Notes under the pieces: model-generated
What the model saw: only the letters and a program-made list of their open reading frames with translations
Told to the model about the DNA's origin: nothing
The model's database searches: none
Position numbers and translations under genes: made by a program
Assembly: GCA_037137755.1 (NCBI GenBank)
Contig: JBAXJR010000013.1
Location: forward strand, 1-59,184
Length of the DNA stretch: 59,184 nt
DNA from: Methanomicrobiales archaeon
Lineage (GTDB): Archaea; Halobacteriota; Methanomicrobia; Methanomicrobiales; Methanospirillaceae
Reading direction: 5' to 3'
In this document: in pieces, positions 32,077 to 41,971 of the stretch
How the letters are laid out: each line of letters starts with the position of its first letter
How positions within the stretch are numbered: position 1 is the stretch's first letter

Positions 32077-32634
32077 TTACCACTCGAGTCTCGTTACACC
32101 ATACTGGTCAACAACCCCGTGTTTCGAGGGGAATGAATTCCAGTCAACAGTACCCTTGCGGACGGGGTAGTCCCGTTCCACCGCGTGGACCACCCGGGTG
32201 ACCAGCAACTCTTCGTTCACCTTAAACCAGACGCTCACTTTCGGGTCGAAGTAAATCTGCCCCACCGTATAGGTGCCATCATTATTGACTTTCACAATGA
32301 CCCAGGCACGGTCCTTGTCGTAACTGGAGTCCGCGGGATCTTTCTGGATCGATGCTCCGACAGGATATTTTGCTTCAATGGATGTATTCGCGGTGGTCTG
32401 GTTATTGGCCTCTGTCAGGGGGCCTTCGATTTGCGTGGTCACCTGGGTTCCCGTGGCTGGGTCCGTGGTAGCTGACCCCTGGCCTGCAGGTGCAGGCGTG
32501 GTTTGTTGTGTATAGGACGTCTCGGGCCCGGATTTCACATTGGTCGGCTGGATGCACCCTGGTGAACAAACCAGTATAAAAAGAACTGTTAGTAGTGCGA
32601 TAATGAACATTCCACGCCTTGTTCCGAGCGGCAT
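32077..32634 (-). CDS. Hypothetical lipoprotein
   Basis: Hydrophobic leader ending SPGC, Thr/Pro-rich linker, globular C-terminus. Confidence 0.75.
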   Translation of the reverse strand: MPLGTRRGMFIIALLTVLFILVCSPGCIQPTNVKSGPETSYTQQTTPAPAGQGSATTDPATGTQVTTQIEGPLTEANNQTTANTSIEAKYPVGASIQKDPADSSYDKDRAWVIVKVNNDGTYTVGQIYFDPKVSVWFKVNEELLVTRVVHAVERDYPVRKGTVDWNSFPSKHGVVDQYGVTRLEW

Positions 32635-32836
32635 AGAATATAATCCTGTCCTGCCTGACTATAGAAGTATCGAAAATGACATTTTTCTTTACTGCCCGGG
32701 AATGCTGAATGGGCGCATTTTCCCGGGATTGGTATCCTTTTTGGTCCCCCGTAACACCCCTGGATGAGGCGGTAATAAAAAAACGATAGTAAGAGTAAGG
32801 GGGTGCCCGGGCCCTCGTGAGCCCGGATTATAGGGG

Positions 32837-32989
32837 TCAGATACGGAAACAGACCGCGAGGAGAGCCACTACCAGTAGCGATATACAGATATTGGTAATG
32901 ACCGGGCCCAGTTTCATCGGAGCATCATGAGGTTCTTCTCCCTCCGTCATCTGCCCGGATGATATTCCAATCTCGTGTTGTATGTTCAT
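32837..32989 (-). CDS. Small membrane protein (50 aa; absent from ORF track)
   Basis: MNIQHEIGISSGQMTEGEEPHDAPMKLGPVITNICISLLVVALLAVCFRI*. C-terminal TM helix, AAGGTCA before the ATG, and a downstream hairpin at 32807-32826. Confidence 0.5.
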   Translation of the reverse strand: MNIQHEIGISSGQMTEGEEPHDAPMKLGPVITNICISLLVVALLAVCFRI

Positions 32990-33108
32990 GATTGACCTTT
33001 TTCCTGTATTCAATGGACTTTCTTATTGTTTCACCTGTTCGTTTTCCCAAAAAAGGGAACATAATTATGATTGTGGGGGTGTTCCTTCCCGGAAGAGGTG
33101 CCTCGTTG

Positions 33109-33585
33109 TTACCAGAGCCTTCCTCCTGTTTTGTTCCCACCGGCCCCGCTGGCATGCGATGACCTGGCTGCATCAATCCATGACTTCAGCGCAGCTGTGT
33201 CCCCGTTCTGGATAGCGGTTTTTGCTGCGGAAACATCGACCCCCTGCTGCTCAAGGGTATCAATGATTTTTTCCGGACCCGGCCTGTCCAGGTTGCCGGT
33301 CTGGTTACTTGGGTTGGCGTCCCTGTATGCATTGAGCCATGACTTCAGTGCAGCCGTGTCCCCGTTCTGGATAGCGGTTTTTGCTGCCGAAACATCGACC
33401 CCCTGCTGTTCTAGTTTTTCTATGAAATCTCCCGGTATTCCATGTCCCTGCCCCGGGGTAGTTTCATTTCTGGCGGTTTTCCCGAAGAGATGCGGGGTAA
33501 CAACTGCTGCTCCGGCAAATCCTACGACCAGCGCAACAACTACGCAGACTCCGAGAGCCCCGATAAATATTCCTTGTTTTTTCAT
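33109..33585 (-). CDS. Secreted/anchored protein with duplicated helical repeat
   Basis: N-terminal TM/signal segment and two copies of 'I..LEQQGVDVSAAKTAIQNGDTAALKSW'. Confidence 0.8.
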   Translation of the reverse strand: MKKQGIFIGALGVCVVVALVVGFAGAAVVTPHLFGKTARNETTPGQGHGIPGDFIEKLEQQGVDVSAAKTAIQNGDTAALKSWLNAYRDANPSNQTGNLDRPGPEKIIDTLEQQGVDVSAAKTAIQNGDTAALKSWIDAARSSHASGAGGNKTGGRLW

Positions 33586-33829
33586 GATATTTCTCCTGTA
33601 TCGTTTCGGTGCTGGTGCAGTACCCTGCACTCACCTGTATAGAATATCATACATTATGTAATATAAACATTTCCTAATAATGTGTATAACATACTATATG
33701 TGAGTTATAATCGATAAGTTCAACCACCTGACCTCTCATACCATGCGGATATGCATCGGGTGGTACGGGCATCCTCGTGAACCAGGGGGTGACACAAGGG
33801 CAACTGTTGAAATGCGATAAAAAAGCGTG

Positions 33830-34048
33830 TTATTGGACCGTGCCGGTGTTTTCTTCGTCCTCGTACGTGAAGACCTCTTCAATAGAAACACCGAAGTATC
33901 GTGCTATCCGGAAGGCGAGGTCCAGTGAAGGTACATACTTCCCTTTCTCGATGGCAAGGATTGTCTGCCGGTTGACCCCGATCACCTGGGCCAGGTGCTC
34001 CTGGGTAAGGTCGTGCATTGCCCGGAATACCTTGATTTTATTCTTCAT
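33830..34048 (-). CDS. XRE family HTH transcriptional regulator
   Basis: 'MKNKIKVFRA..DLTQE.LA..IGV.RQTI.AIEKGKY.PSL.LAF.IA..F...IEEVF'. Confidence 0.93.
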   Translation of the reverse strand: MKNKIKVFRAMHDLTQEHLAQVIGVNRQTILAIEKGKYVPSLDLAFRIARYFGVSIEEVFTYEDEENTGTVQ

Positions 34049-34493
34049 CGGTCTCCCAGTCCCCGTATTTACCCGCATAATAAATCCGGAACCCGACGTA
34101 CAGGAAGATCATCAGGCAGAGCAGGCCGAGCTGGACAAAACCGATCAGCCGTGGTGAAAGCAGCTCCGGAAGAATTGGCGGATGCTCAGTTTGAAACCCC
34201 CTGGGAAACGCGGGTGCCCTGAGCAACTGCATTACCGCTCCGATTGAAAAGGCACAAAATACTACCCAGAACACCTGCATCGTCCGGAGGACCGCCTGTT
34301 CAGTAATTTTTACATCCCGTTCGTCCTCTTTTAAGTCAGTTACCTGGCGGCGTATCAGGTAAATTGCGGCAACGGCAACGATGAATGCGAGCTCGATCAG
34401 GAGTGGCATCCGGATTACATCAGAATACCAGAATAGTCCGACCAGTGCGATGGCGATACAACCGGTGATGAGGTAAAATGTATTCTTCTTCAA
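34038..34493 (-). CDS. DUF2178-like membrane protein
   Basis: Four TM segments with the 'EDERD..I...A...T' motif. Overlaps the XRE gene, the usual pairing for this family. Confidence 0.8.
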   Translation of the reverse strand: MKKNTFYLITGCIAIALVGLFWYSDVIRMPLLIELAFIVAVAAIYLIRRQVTDLKEDERDVKITEQAVLRTMQVFWVVFCAFSIGAVMQLLRAPAFPRGFQTEHPPILPELLSPRLIGFVQLGLLCLMIFLYVGFRIYYAGKYGDWETDEE

Positions 34494-34828
34494 TCTCTCC
34501 CTCTGTTAAAGGAATTATACATCTGGTATATAGAATATGACTATATGTACCTTCCCCGGCGACAGTTCGGACTGGCAGGAAACGGGCCCGTTGAATTTGA
34601 GTAAAAAAAACCCCGTGACTGGCGTTCTCTCTAACAACAGCAAATCCATCCATATCTCATGGGAGGCACTGCTTTGAACACCCCTGCAAGTTTCCGGTGA
34701 CCAAAGAGAATATGACGGTACCATTCATGACAGCCCACCGTCGGATGGGGTGGCTGAAAAAAAGGCCGGAAGGACCCCCTGGGCCATTCCCGGTTCCTGT
34801 ACCCTTCTTCCCGGGGCTGTCACGTCCC

Positions 34829-35902
34829 CTAACGGGAAGGAAACGAGAATGTATCGCCTGTTATCCAGGTCCCGGTCTCCGCATTATACCCTTTTTGTAC
34901 CCCGGAAAATGTCCTGCTGTCTTCATGGACCGTAATGACGATGTAGCCAACTTTCTGGTCCTTCTGTTCGATCTTTCCAAGCGGGTATTCTAACTTCAGT
35001 GCCGGGCTAACGTTTGCAGGATCAAAAGCCGGCATTTTTGCCCCGGCATTTCCGTTGACGATCTGCTGGACACCCTGTGCCTCGCCCCGGACATACATGT
35101 GGGTGTGCCCGCTGAAATAGGCAGCAACATGGTTGTCTACGAGGCTTTTCCAGAACACATCGCGCTGGGCGGGATGTACCGCGAGGGCGAAATCATTGTC
35201 TTCCGGGTCGTCTTCCACCATAAATGCGGGAGAATGCCCGAAGACAAACATAAATGGCCGGGTATCCTCTGCGAGTTCTTTATCGACCCAGCTCTGGTTC
35301 ACCGTTTCCTTGAGACCATTGTGCGCAATGTAATCGTCGGTGACAATGAATTTTGCCCCTTTGTGCGTGAAAGAATACGTCAGTTTCTTTTCATCCGGTG
35401 GTCCGTTCGTTGGCATGCCTGTTGCCACGGTGGCAAGAAAACTGTCGAGAAGGGGAGTAACGTTCCGGGGAGGGCCATCATCGTGGTTACCCCTCATTAC
35501 ATACAATGGGATCCCGGTGCCTGTTGTATAATTATAGATGGGAGAGACGGTCTCCATCCAGTTCGCATGCTGGGCCTGGTAATTATCTGCCACCGGGGAC
35601 GCAGGGTCCAACTCCCACCCGTTGGTCAGGTCACCGACATAGATGGCAAGGTCCGGCTTTTCTGCCGCAATTGCCTTCGCAACCGGGATCAGGCCGGGGC
35701 TGACACCCGTTGTCGTATTGCGATCGGGATCTGGTGAATCCCCAAAGACTGCGAATGTCCAGGTGCCGTTTCCCGGGGCAACAGTGCCGGCAGGGACGGG
35801 TCCTGCAGGTGGTGAAGGTGTTGAAGGTGGTGATTGCGTACATCCACCGGCAATAACAAGCAGGACTAAAAGGAGGATTAATGTAATTGCACAGAATCGC
35901 AT
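34829..35902 (-). CDS. Metallophosphoesterase lipoprotein
   Basis: Lipobox AGGC and calcineurin-like motifs FGD, VGD, GNHD, GH, GHTH. Confidence 0.88.
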   Translation of the reverse strand: MRFCAITLILLLVLLVIAGGCTQSPPSTPSPPAGPVPAGTVAPGNGTWTFAVFGDSPDPDRNTTTGVSPGLIPVAKAIAAEKPDLAIYVGDLTNGWELDPASPVADNYQAQHANWMETVSPIYNYTTGTGIPLYVMRGNHDDGPPRNVTPLLDSFLATVATGMPTNGPPDEKKLTYSFTHKGAKFIVTDDYIAHNGLKETVNQSWVDKELAEDTRPFMFVFGHSPAFMVEDDPEDNDFALAVHPAQRDVFWKSLVDNHVAAYFSGHTHMYVRGEAQGVQQIVNGNAGAKMPAFDPANVSPALKLEYPLGKIEQKDQKVGYIVITVHEDSRTFSGVQKGYNAETGTWITGDTFSFPSR

Positions 35903-36110
35903 GGATGGCTTATTTCTCTGATTGATAATAAATCTTCGGAAAAAAAGGGATCGTGTAATCCGAACAACTTCCGCATCAGCATATCATGGCAGATCACAAT
36001 GAAACAGGTGCTTTTCAGTGGTCAAAGATTAGTGGGCCGCTTCAATTAGATTCTCATTCAACAGTGAAGCAGTATGGTAAAAAAGGATGAAAATTTATTT
36101 TAAATCCTGC

Positions 36111-36614
36111 TTACGGGTTTAGCGACTTGAACGGGACTATGTCGTCATATGTCTTGACTTTTCCAACCGTCGGAGCGGTTACCCAGATTTCCACCCTGTT
36201 CTGATTGGTACTGGATGGGAATGTCACTTGTTGCCCGACATAAAACGGCGGCAACATATAATTCTGCTGGGATGTCCCATCCGGCTTCGTGAAGGTTACA
36301 TCCACGCGGGAATCCAGGTTCATACCGTTTCCGCCCCGGAGCGTCACTGCCATGTACGGGTTGGATGTATCCCCGTTACCCTGCACCATGAAATCGAGCA
36401 TGTAGTCAACCGGGAGCATTTGTGTTGGTCCCGGAGTACCCATCCCGACACGTGGTGTAGTTACTACCGGAACCGGTGTCTGTGCTGGTGTTGCAATCTG
36501 ACTTGCAGTCGGTGTCGGTGTTACCACCGGTGGCGTTGCATTCTGGGTACATCCTGCTGTTACCATAAACGCAACAACGAGTACCAGGCTTACTACCAGG
36601 ATTGAAAATTTCAT
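36111..36614 (-). CDS. Hypothetical lipoprotein
   Basis: Leader ending TAGC, Pro/Thr linker, 'V...GG.G....V.V....PDG' domain common in Methanomicrobiales. Confidence 0.75.
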   Translation of the reverse strand: MKFSILVVSLVLVVAFMVTAGCTQNATPPVVTPTPTASQIATPAQTPVPVVTTPRVGMGTPGPTQMLPVDYMLDFMVQGNGDTSNPYMAVTLRGGNGMNLDSRVDVTFTKPDGTSQQNYMLPPFYVGQQVTFPSSTNQNRVEIWVTAPTVGKVKTYDDIVPFKSLNP

Positions 36615-36821
36615 ACCTGAATATCGGATAATGTACCGTATAATCCTATCGTACAAAACAGTGGCCTGGCTATTAATTCCGCCTTTTATTCACTCCATTT
36701 ATGAATTACCTGTATATTTCCGCGTTAATTTTGTTTTTTTATAAAACCCCGGTCTTCGAAGATCTCATTTTTGCCCGGGATAAACACCTTCATCAACTAT
36801 TGAATTCCAGACGATTGTATT

Positions 36822-37487
36822 ATGTGCATGTTCGACACCACGGCCGTGATGGTCCTCGATGAGATCATCAACGCCCGCAGGACATACCGGATGTTCCGTC
36901 AGGAGGTCCCCCCAAAAGTCCAGGTCAGCGAAATTATCCAGGCTGGCCTGGCGGCTCCTTTCGCCGCTGCAGCGGTGGGTGGCAGGGGCAATGAGTATTT
37001 CAGGCAGTTCTTTGTCTTTCCGCGTGACAGCCGCGGCCTTGCGATCGCGGGTGGTCTCCTGATACAGAAGGTCCACATGATGGCGGAAGAGCTGGAACAT
37101 GGGATGAAACATAACCCGGCGTTACGATCAAAGGCAGAATCATTTGCCCGGCGTCTTGAGATGATCCGGGACGCAGGGATTGTGCCCGGGGTAGAGACCG
37201 CCCCGTATTATATCGTGGTCGCCGAACGCAAAGGCTTCCCCCCGGTTGAGCAGCAATCGCTTGCCCACTGCCTGGAAAACATGTGGCTGAAGGCAACGGT
37301 CTTAAACCTCGGGTTCCAGCTGGTGTCGGTGACCGGACAGATGGGGTCAGACCCTGAGTTCTGCCGGCTCTTAGGGATCCCTCCAGAAGTTTTCGAACTG
37401 AACGGGTGCGCCGTCGGGTATTACCAGGAGGAATTGCCGCCGTCTATCCGTCCCCCTGCAGACCTGGTGACGAACTGGGTGGAATAA
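36822..37487 (+). CDS. Nitroreductase family protein
   Basis: 'II.ARRTYRMF', 'AGLAAP', 'ENMWL.AT.L.LG', 'VGY'. Confidence 0.88.
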   Translation: MCMFDTTAVMVLDEIINARRTYRMFRQEVPPKVQVSEIIQAGLAAPFAAAAVGGRGNEYFRQFFVFPRDSRGLAIAGGLLIQKVHMMAEELEHGMKHNPALRSKAESFARRLEMIRDAGIVPGVETAPYYIVVAERKGFPPVEQQSLAHCLENMWLKATVLNLGFQLVSVTGQMGSDPEFCRLLGIPPEVFELNGCAVGYYQEELPPSIRPPADLVTNWVE

Positions 37488-37498
37488 TCCGGTATCCC

Positions 37499-37757
37499 GG
37501 TTTGTTGAAACCCTGCAGGGTCATAAATAAGAAGAGGGAAATACGAACACGGGAGTGGGTTTCACCCCTTTCTGCCCTACTCTCGTTAAGATATTCTTCG
37601 GGCAGGGTTTCTTGAAGGTTAATTATATTCAAGAGTATTTTTAGATAGTCTCTATCCCAACCGGGGTCGCCAAAGCGGCGGGCCATGAACCCCGGTAACG
37701 TGACTATTTTTGAAATTACAAACTCTGCAACATAGTTTTGACAGGTTTTAACAAAGC
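37499..37757. mobile_element. Degenerate MITE-like element (copy 2)
   Basis: Left end ggtttgttgaaaccctg; right end caggttttaacaaagc (reverse complement gctttgttaaaacctg). The first ~70 bp align with 48147 onward. Confidence 0.55.
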
Positions 37758-37930
37758 GTGCTATGAGCCTTCGTCTCATAGATACGTATTAAAAGCTGGG
37801 CGGCATGAGGGTCTCCCAGAGTTTTTCATATCAGCCCATTATTTTCTATTTGTTTTGCAGGCACTGAAAAACACCACGATCGCTCCCGGGCATTTTCATT
37901 CCCGGAAAAAAGTGAAAATAGTATCCGGAA

Positions 37931-38887
37931 CTATTTCTTTTCCGGCGTTTCCGGTTTTGGTGGGGCCGCTCCCTTCACCGTCTTTTTTGACTGCTGCCAG
38001 CGGTACACACCGTATCCTGCAGCTCCGATAATTATCACCGGCAGCAGGGTGAACAATGCTACGATGAGGAAATCGATCATCCCCACAAGGCCCGAAATAC
38101 CTTCGTTAATCGTAGTGGTGAAACTGTAGCCTGTATTCCCACCGACTGGTTCTTTCTCTGCCAGGTTCACCGTGATCGTCGAGAGGTCGATCCGGTTATT
38201 CAGGTACCGTATCCTTCCCTCCAGGCGGTCGAGACTGGTCTGGACACGATCAATCTGTTCCTGGACCTTTATGATATCCTCCACCTTCTCGCTCTTTTTC
38301 ATTATTTCATTGTATTGAGCGATCTGGTTCTGGTACGAGGCCTTTTGTGCCAGGAGGTCCACATACTCGGCCGTAACATCTTCACCGTTTGTTGTTGCCG
38401 ACTTCACTATCCCCAACTCCCTGACTCCTGCGAGCATGCCTTCGAATTCCTTTGCAGGGACTCTGAGAACTACCGTGGCAGTTTTCCGGTCATTATATTG
38501 AGTGCTGAATGTTGAAGAAGCGAGATAACCCCCTTTTCCGGCAGCAAGTGCTTTTAAACTGTCAATTGTGGCAGGTACGTCGGGCACTTCAAGGCTCACC
38601 TGTGCCGTATAGATGAGTTTCTGGTCTATCGCAACGCCGTGGTCTGAAGAGTCCGGGCCATCGGGTGCAACAGGGGCCATAGTTGGTACCGCGGTCGGTA
38701 CCGGGCGAGAGGTCCCCTGCCCGATACCCGTCTCATAATTCGTCCCCGGCATTGCGTCATTTGGGGCTGACGACAGGGATTTCTGCTCGCCCCCTCCCGT
38801 TAACGTGGTGCAACCTGCTGAGATCATGGCGACGACCACGAGCAGCAGGACAAGAGTTGCAATGTTACCTCGGTTCATAAAGAACAT
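37931..38887 (-). CDS. DUF4349 domain lipoprotein
   Basis: Lipobox SAGC, 'LI.TA..SLEV...GGY...A..VLRVP..EF...EDVT.EYVD...IDLSTI.V.L', C-terminal TM. Confidence 0.88.
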   Translation of the reverse strand: MFFMNRGNIATLVLLLVVVAMISAGCTTLTGGGEQKSLSSAPNDAMPGTNYETGIGQGTSRPVPTAVPTMAPVAPDGPDSSDHGVAIDQKLIYTAQVSLEVPDVPATIDSLKALAAGKGGYLASSTFSTQYNDRKTATVVLRVPAKEFEGMLAGVRELGIVKSATTNGEDVTAEYVDLLAQKASYQNQIAQYNEIMKKSEKVEDIIKVQEQIDRVQTSLDRLEGRIRYLNNRIDLSTITVNLAEKEPVGGNTGYSFTTTINEGISGLVGMIDFLIVALFTLLPVIIIGAAGYGVYRWQQSKKTVKGAAPPKPETPEKK

Positions 38888-39115
38888 GATACGCGGGTGA
38901 ATATTTATACTAAGTTATAAATGTGAAATATTTCGCAGTTATACTCAGGGTGTGATTGGAGATTAATAAAAATTCACGGTAATCTGGTGCTAATTTCCAC
39001 CGAACCGGTGGTGTTTGCCCAGGCATTTCCCGGGGTCATATGACAGAAAGCCGGGCAGGTAGTAACACCGGAATGTCTATTGCATAGGATTATGCAAACG
39101 ATAGGATGGTACATC

Positions 39116-40240
39116 ATGATTCATGTTCTCTATGTGGATGACGAGCCCGGTCTCCTGGAGATCGGAAAATTATTCCTTGAGAGGACGAATGATATCAAGG
39201 TAGAGACAATTAACTCGGCCACGCAGGGACTGGACCAGCTTGACCTCATGAATTATGATGTCATCGTTTCAGATTTCCAGATGCCGCACATGGACGGAAT
39301 AGAATTTTTAAAGAGGGTCCGTGCGGCAAAAGGTGATATCCCGTTTATCCTTTTCACCGGCAGGGGAAGGGAGGAAGTGGTGATCGAGGCGATTAATAGT
39401 GGTGCGGATTTCTATCTCCAGAAGGGAGGGGAACCAAAAGCCCAGTTCGCCGAACTTGCCCACAAGATCCGCCAGCTTGTCAGGAGGACCAGCGTTGAAG
39501 GGATGCTCCAGCAGAACGAGACCTGGTTCCAGACGATCATCCGGCATTCTGACGAGATTATCACCCTGCTCAACAGGGACGGCGTGATAATCTACGCGTC
39601 CCCCCCAATCCTGCCTATGCTCGGGTACAAAACGATAAGCATGACCGGGAAAAAACAAATGGACCTAGTCCACCCTGATGATCTCGCCGCCGTGAGCCAT
39701 GAATTTACCCGGGCATTTGAAAAGGATACGGTCAGAAACCCCGTATGCTACCGTATCAGGAAATCTGACGGTTCGTACATGCAGGTTGAATCGGTCATCA
39801 CCAGCCTTCTTGATGTGCCTGAAATCCAGGGGGCAATGATGACTACAAGGGATATTACCGGATGGAAACAGGCGGAGCACGCGATGCAGACGGTCATTGC
39901 CCGTTGCCACCGTGCCGAACACCTGGCCAGGTCAGGTCACTGGGAACATAAAACCGGGACCGGTACGGTTGTCCTGTCGGAAGGTGCAAAGACCCTGATG
40001 GGGCTCCCGTCATGTGAGTATTCACTGCCGGATTTCGAAGCCCTCACCCTTCCCGAGTACCGGGAACAACTGGGCCGGGCAAAAGAGGCATTGATATCAG
40101 GAGGCCTGCCGTTTATCCAGGAATACAAAATCACGAGAAAGGACAATGGTATCGTCATTACCGTCCAGGCAGTTGCAGAATATGACCCGGAATCACAGCG
40201 TATATTTTGTGTTATTCACGAAGTTGCCCGTGATTTGTAA
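39116..40240 (+). CDS. REC-PAS-PAS response regulator without kinase or DNA-binding output
   Basis: VLYVDDE, VSDFQMP, FTGRG, YLQKGG followed by two PAS-like domains, then stop. Confidence 0.85.
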   Translation: MIHVLYVDDEPGLLEIGKLFLERTNDIKVETINSATQGLDQLDLMNYDVIVSDFQMPHMDGIEFLKRVRAAKGDIPFILFTGRGREEVVIEAINSGADFYLQKGGEPKAQFAELAHKIRQLVRRTSVEGMLQQNETWFQTIIRHSDEIITLLNRDGVIIYASPPILPMLGYKTISMTGKKQMDLVHPDDLAAVSHEFTRAFEKDTVRNPVCYRIRKSDGSYMQVESVITSLLDVPEIQGAMMTTRDITGWKQAEHAMQTVIARCHRAEHLARSGHWEHKTGTGTVVLSEGAKTLMGLPSCEYSLPDFEALTLPEYREQLGRAKEALISGGLPFIQEYKITRKDNGIVITVQAVAEYDPESQRIFCVIHEVARDL

Positions 40241-40464
40241 TATTCCGGCCTTTTTTTTGGTTACCTGATTGCTCCACCCGGACCCGGTTGACCCGGGACT
40301 GATCAAAAGACCGGGTGCGTCGATTTCTTTTTCCCGAAATGTCGGCAGCGTTTCCAAATCAGGCCGAATTGTAATAAAAAGCAAAGGGATTAAATATATA
40401 GGTTCTGATGTTCAGTTGTCTTACCGTAACGTAACGAGCATTTCCATTGTCCTGAGGTTACCTG

Positions 40465-41931
40465 ATGATACTCGATTTCCTGATCCAGATATACTACTTA
40501 CTGTTGCCGATATTACTTATCGCGAACATTTTTTTTGCTGTCACCATTGTATTTATCCAGAGAAAAACTCCCGTATCCGCACTTTCATGGCTTGTCGTGC
40601 TGTTCCTGCTCCCGTTTTTAGGGTTCCTGTTATTTCTGATTTTTGGGCAGTATTACCGGAAAGAAAAGATGTTTTCTATAAAAGGTGGATCTGATAACGA
40701 ATTTGTCAAACTTATTGCATCCCAGGTTGAGGAGGTAAAACTAAAAGGGGAAAAAGGCACCGATCGATGGCCAGGCTCCATTTTCAGGATGGCACTGCTG
40801 CTCCTTCAGAATAACCAGGCGTTAATTACACTCAACAACCAGGTTAAACCCTATACTGATGGAAAAGCCAAGTTTGCCGACCTGGTTGAAGCAATTAATG
40901 GTGCCCGTGACCATGTGCATATGGAGTACTTCATCCTTAAAGACGACGGGCTCGGTCGTGACATCATGAAAGCGCTGACGGATAAAGCCCGCGAAGGAGT
41001 GGAAGTCCGCCTGCTCGTGGACGGGGTTGGAAGCGGTGGGCTTCCAAAACATTTTTATGACAAATTCACGGCTGCCGGGGGAAAGCATGCAGTCTTTTTC
41101 CCGTCCCTGATCTCGTATTTCAACTACCGGGTAAACTACCGGAACCACCGGAAAATTGCCGTCATTGATGGAGAAACTGCATTTATTGGCGGGTTTAATA
41201 TCGGTGATGATTACCTCGGAATGGACAAACGCTGGGGGTACTGGCGGGATGCTGCGGTGCGGATCAATGGGACCGGCGCACTTGTTGCCCAGATACGGTT
41301 CTTTCTCGACTGGAATTATGCATCCGCTGATAAACTGGGAATTTTCGATCGGTATTTCCACGAAAGTCCACTCCAGGAAGGTACAACTGCAATCCAGGTT
41401 GTCTCCGGCGGGCCGGATACTCACTGGAATCCGGTAAAGGAGTCATACCTGAAGATGATCAACTCAGCCGTTGAGACGGTATATATCCAGTCCCCCTACT
41501 TCATCCCTGACGAAAGTATCATGGATGCTCTTCGTATAGCTGCCCTGTCCGGTATTGATGTAAGGGTTATGATCCCATGCAAGCCGGACCATATGTTCGT
41601 GTACTGGGCCAGTCATTCGTACGTGGAACAGCTGCTTGAAGCGGGGGTGAAGGCCTATACCTACGATAACGGTTTTCTTCATGCCAAGACCATTGTAATT
41701 GATAATACCGTTGCATCGGTCGGGAGTGCCAACTGGGATGTGAGGAGTTTCCGGCTCAATTTCGAGACGAATGCGATTATTTACGATGAAGCAGTTGCAG
41801 GGGAATTCAAACAGGCTTATCTCAATGACCTGCCGTTCTGTACCAAACTCACCCCTGAGTGGTATGCTTCAAGGTCAGGATATTTCAAGGCCAGGTCTTC
41901 GTTTTCCCGCCTCTTCTCACCGATCCTGTGA
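40465..41931 (+). CDS. cls: Cardiolipin synthase (PLD superfamily)
   Basis: Two N-terminal TMs and two HKD motifs: NHRKIAVIDG...GGFNI and LHAKTIVID...GSANWD.RSF.LNFE. Confidence 0.93.
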   Translation: MILDFLIQIYYLLLPILLIANIFFAVTIVFIQRKTPVSALSWLVVLFLLPFLGFLLFLIFGQYYRKEKMFSIKGGSDNEFVKLIASQVEEVKLKGEKGTDRWPGSIFRMALLLLQNNQALITLNNQVKPYTDGKAKFADLVEAINGARDHVHMEYFILKDDGLGRDIMKALTDKAREGVEVRLLVDGVGSGGLPKHFYDKFTAAGGKHAVFFPSLISYFNYRVNYRNHRKIAVIDGETAFIGGFNIGDDYLGMDKRWGYWRDAAVRINGTGALVAQIRFFLDWNYASADKLGIFDRYFHESPLQEGTTAIQVVSGGPDTHWNPVKESYLKMINSAVETVYIQSPYFIPDESIMDALRIAALSGIDVRVMIPCKPDHMFVYWASHSYVEQLLEAGVKAYTYDNGFLHAKTIVIDNTVASVGSANWDVRSFRLNFETNAIIYDEAVAGEFKQAYLNDLPFCTKLTPEWYASRSGYFKARSSFSRLFSPIL

Positions 41932-41971
41932 TTGGTGGGGCATCGTTTTTTCCAGATAGGCTCCGACCGGG

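Noticed and set aside
33640-33710. AT palindromes (tacattatgta, acatactatatgt) as a possible XRE operator, with a partial match near 34540
   Set aside because: Short and AT-rich. Cannot be distinguished from TATA-region background.
37659-37696. GC-rich stem-loop (accgggg...ccccggt) resembling a structured RNA
   Set aside because: No tRNA cloverleaf or T-loop motif. Lies within the MITE-like element already reported.
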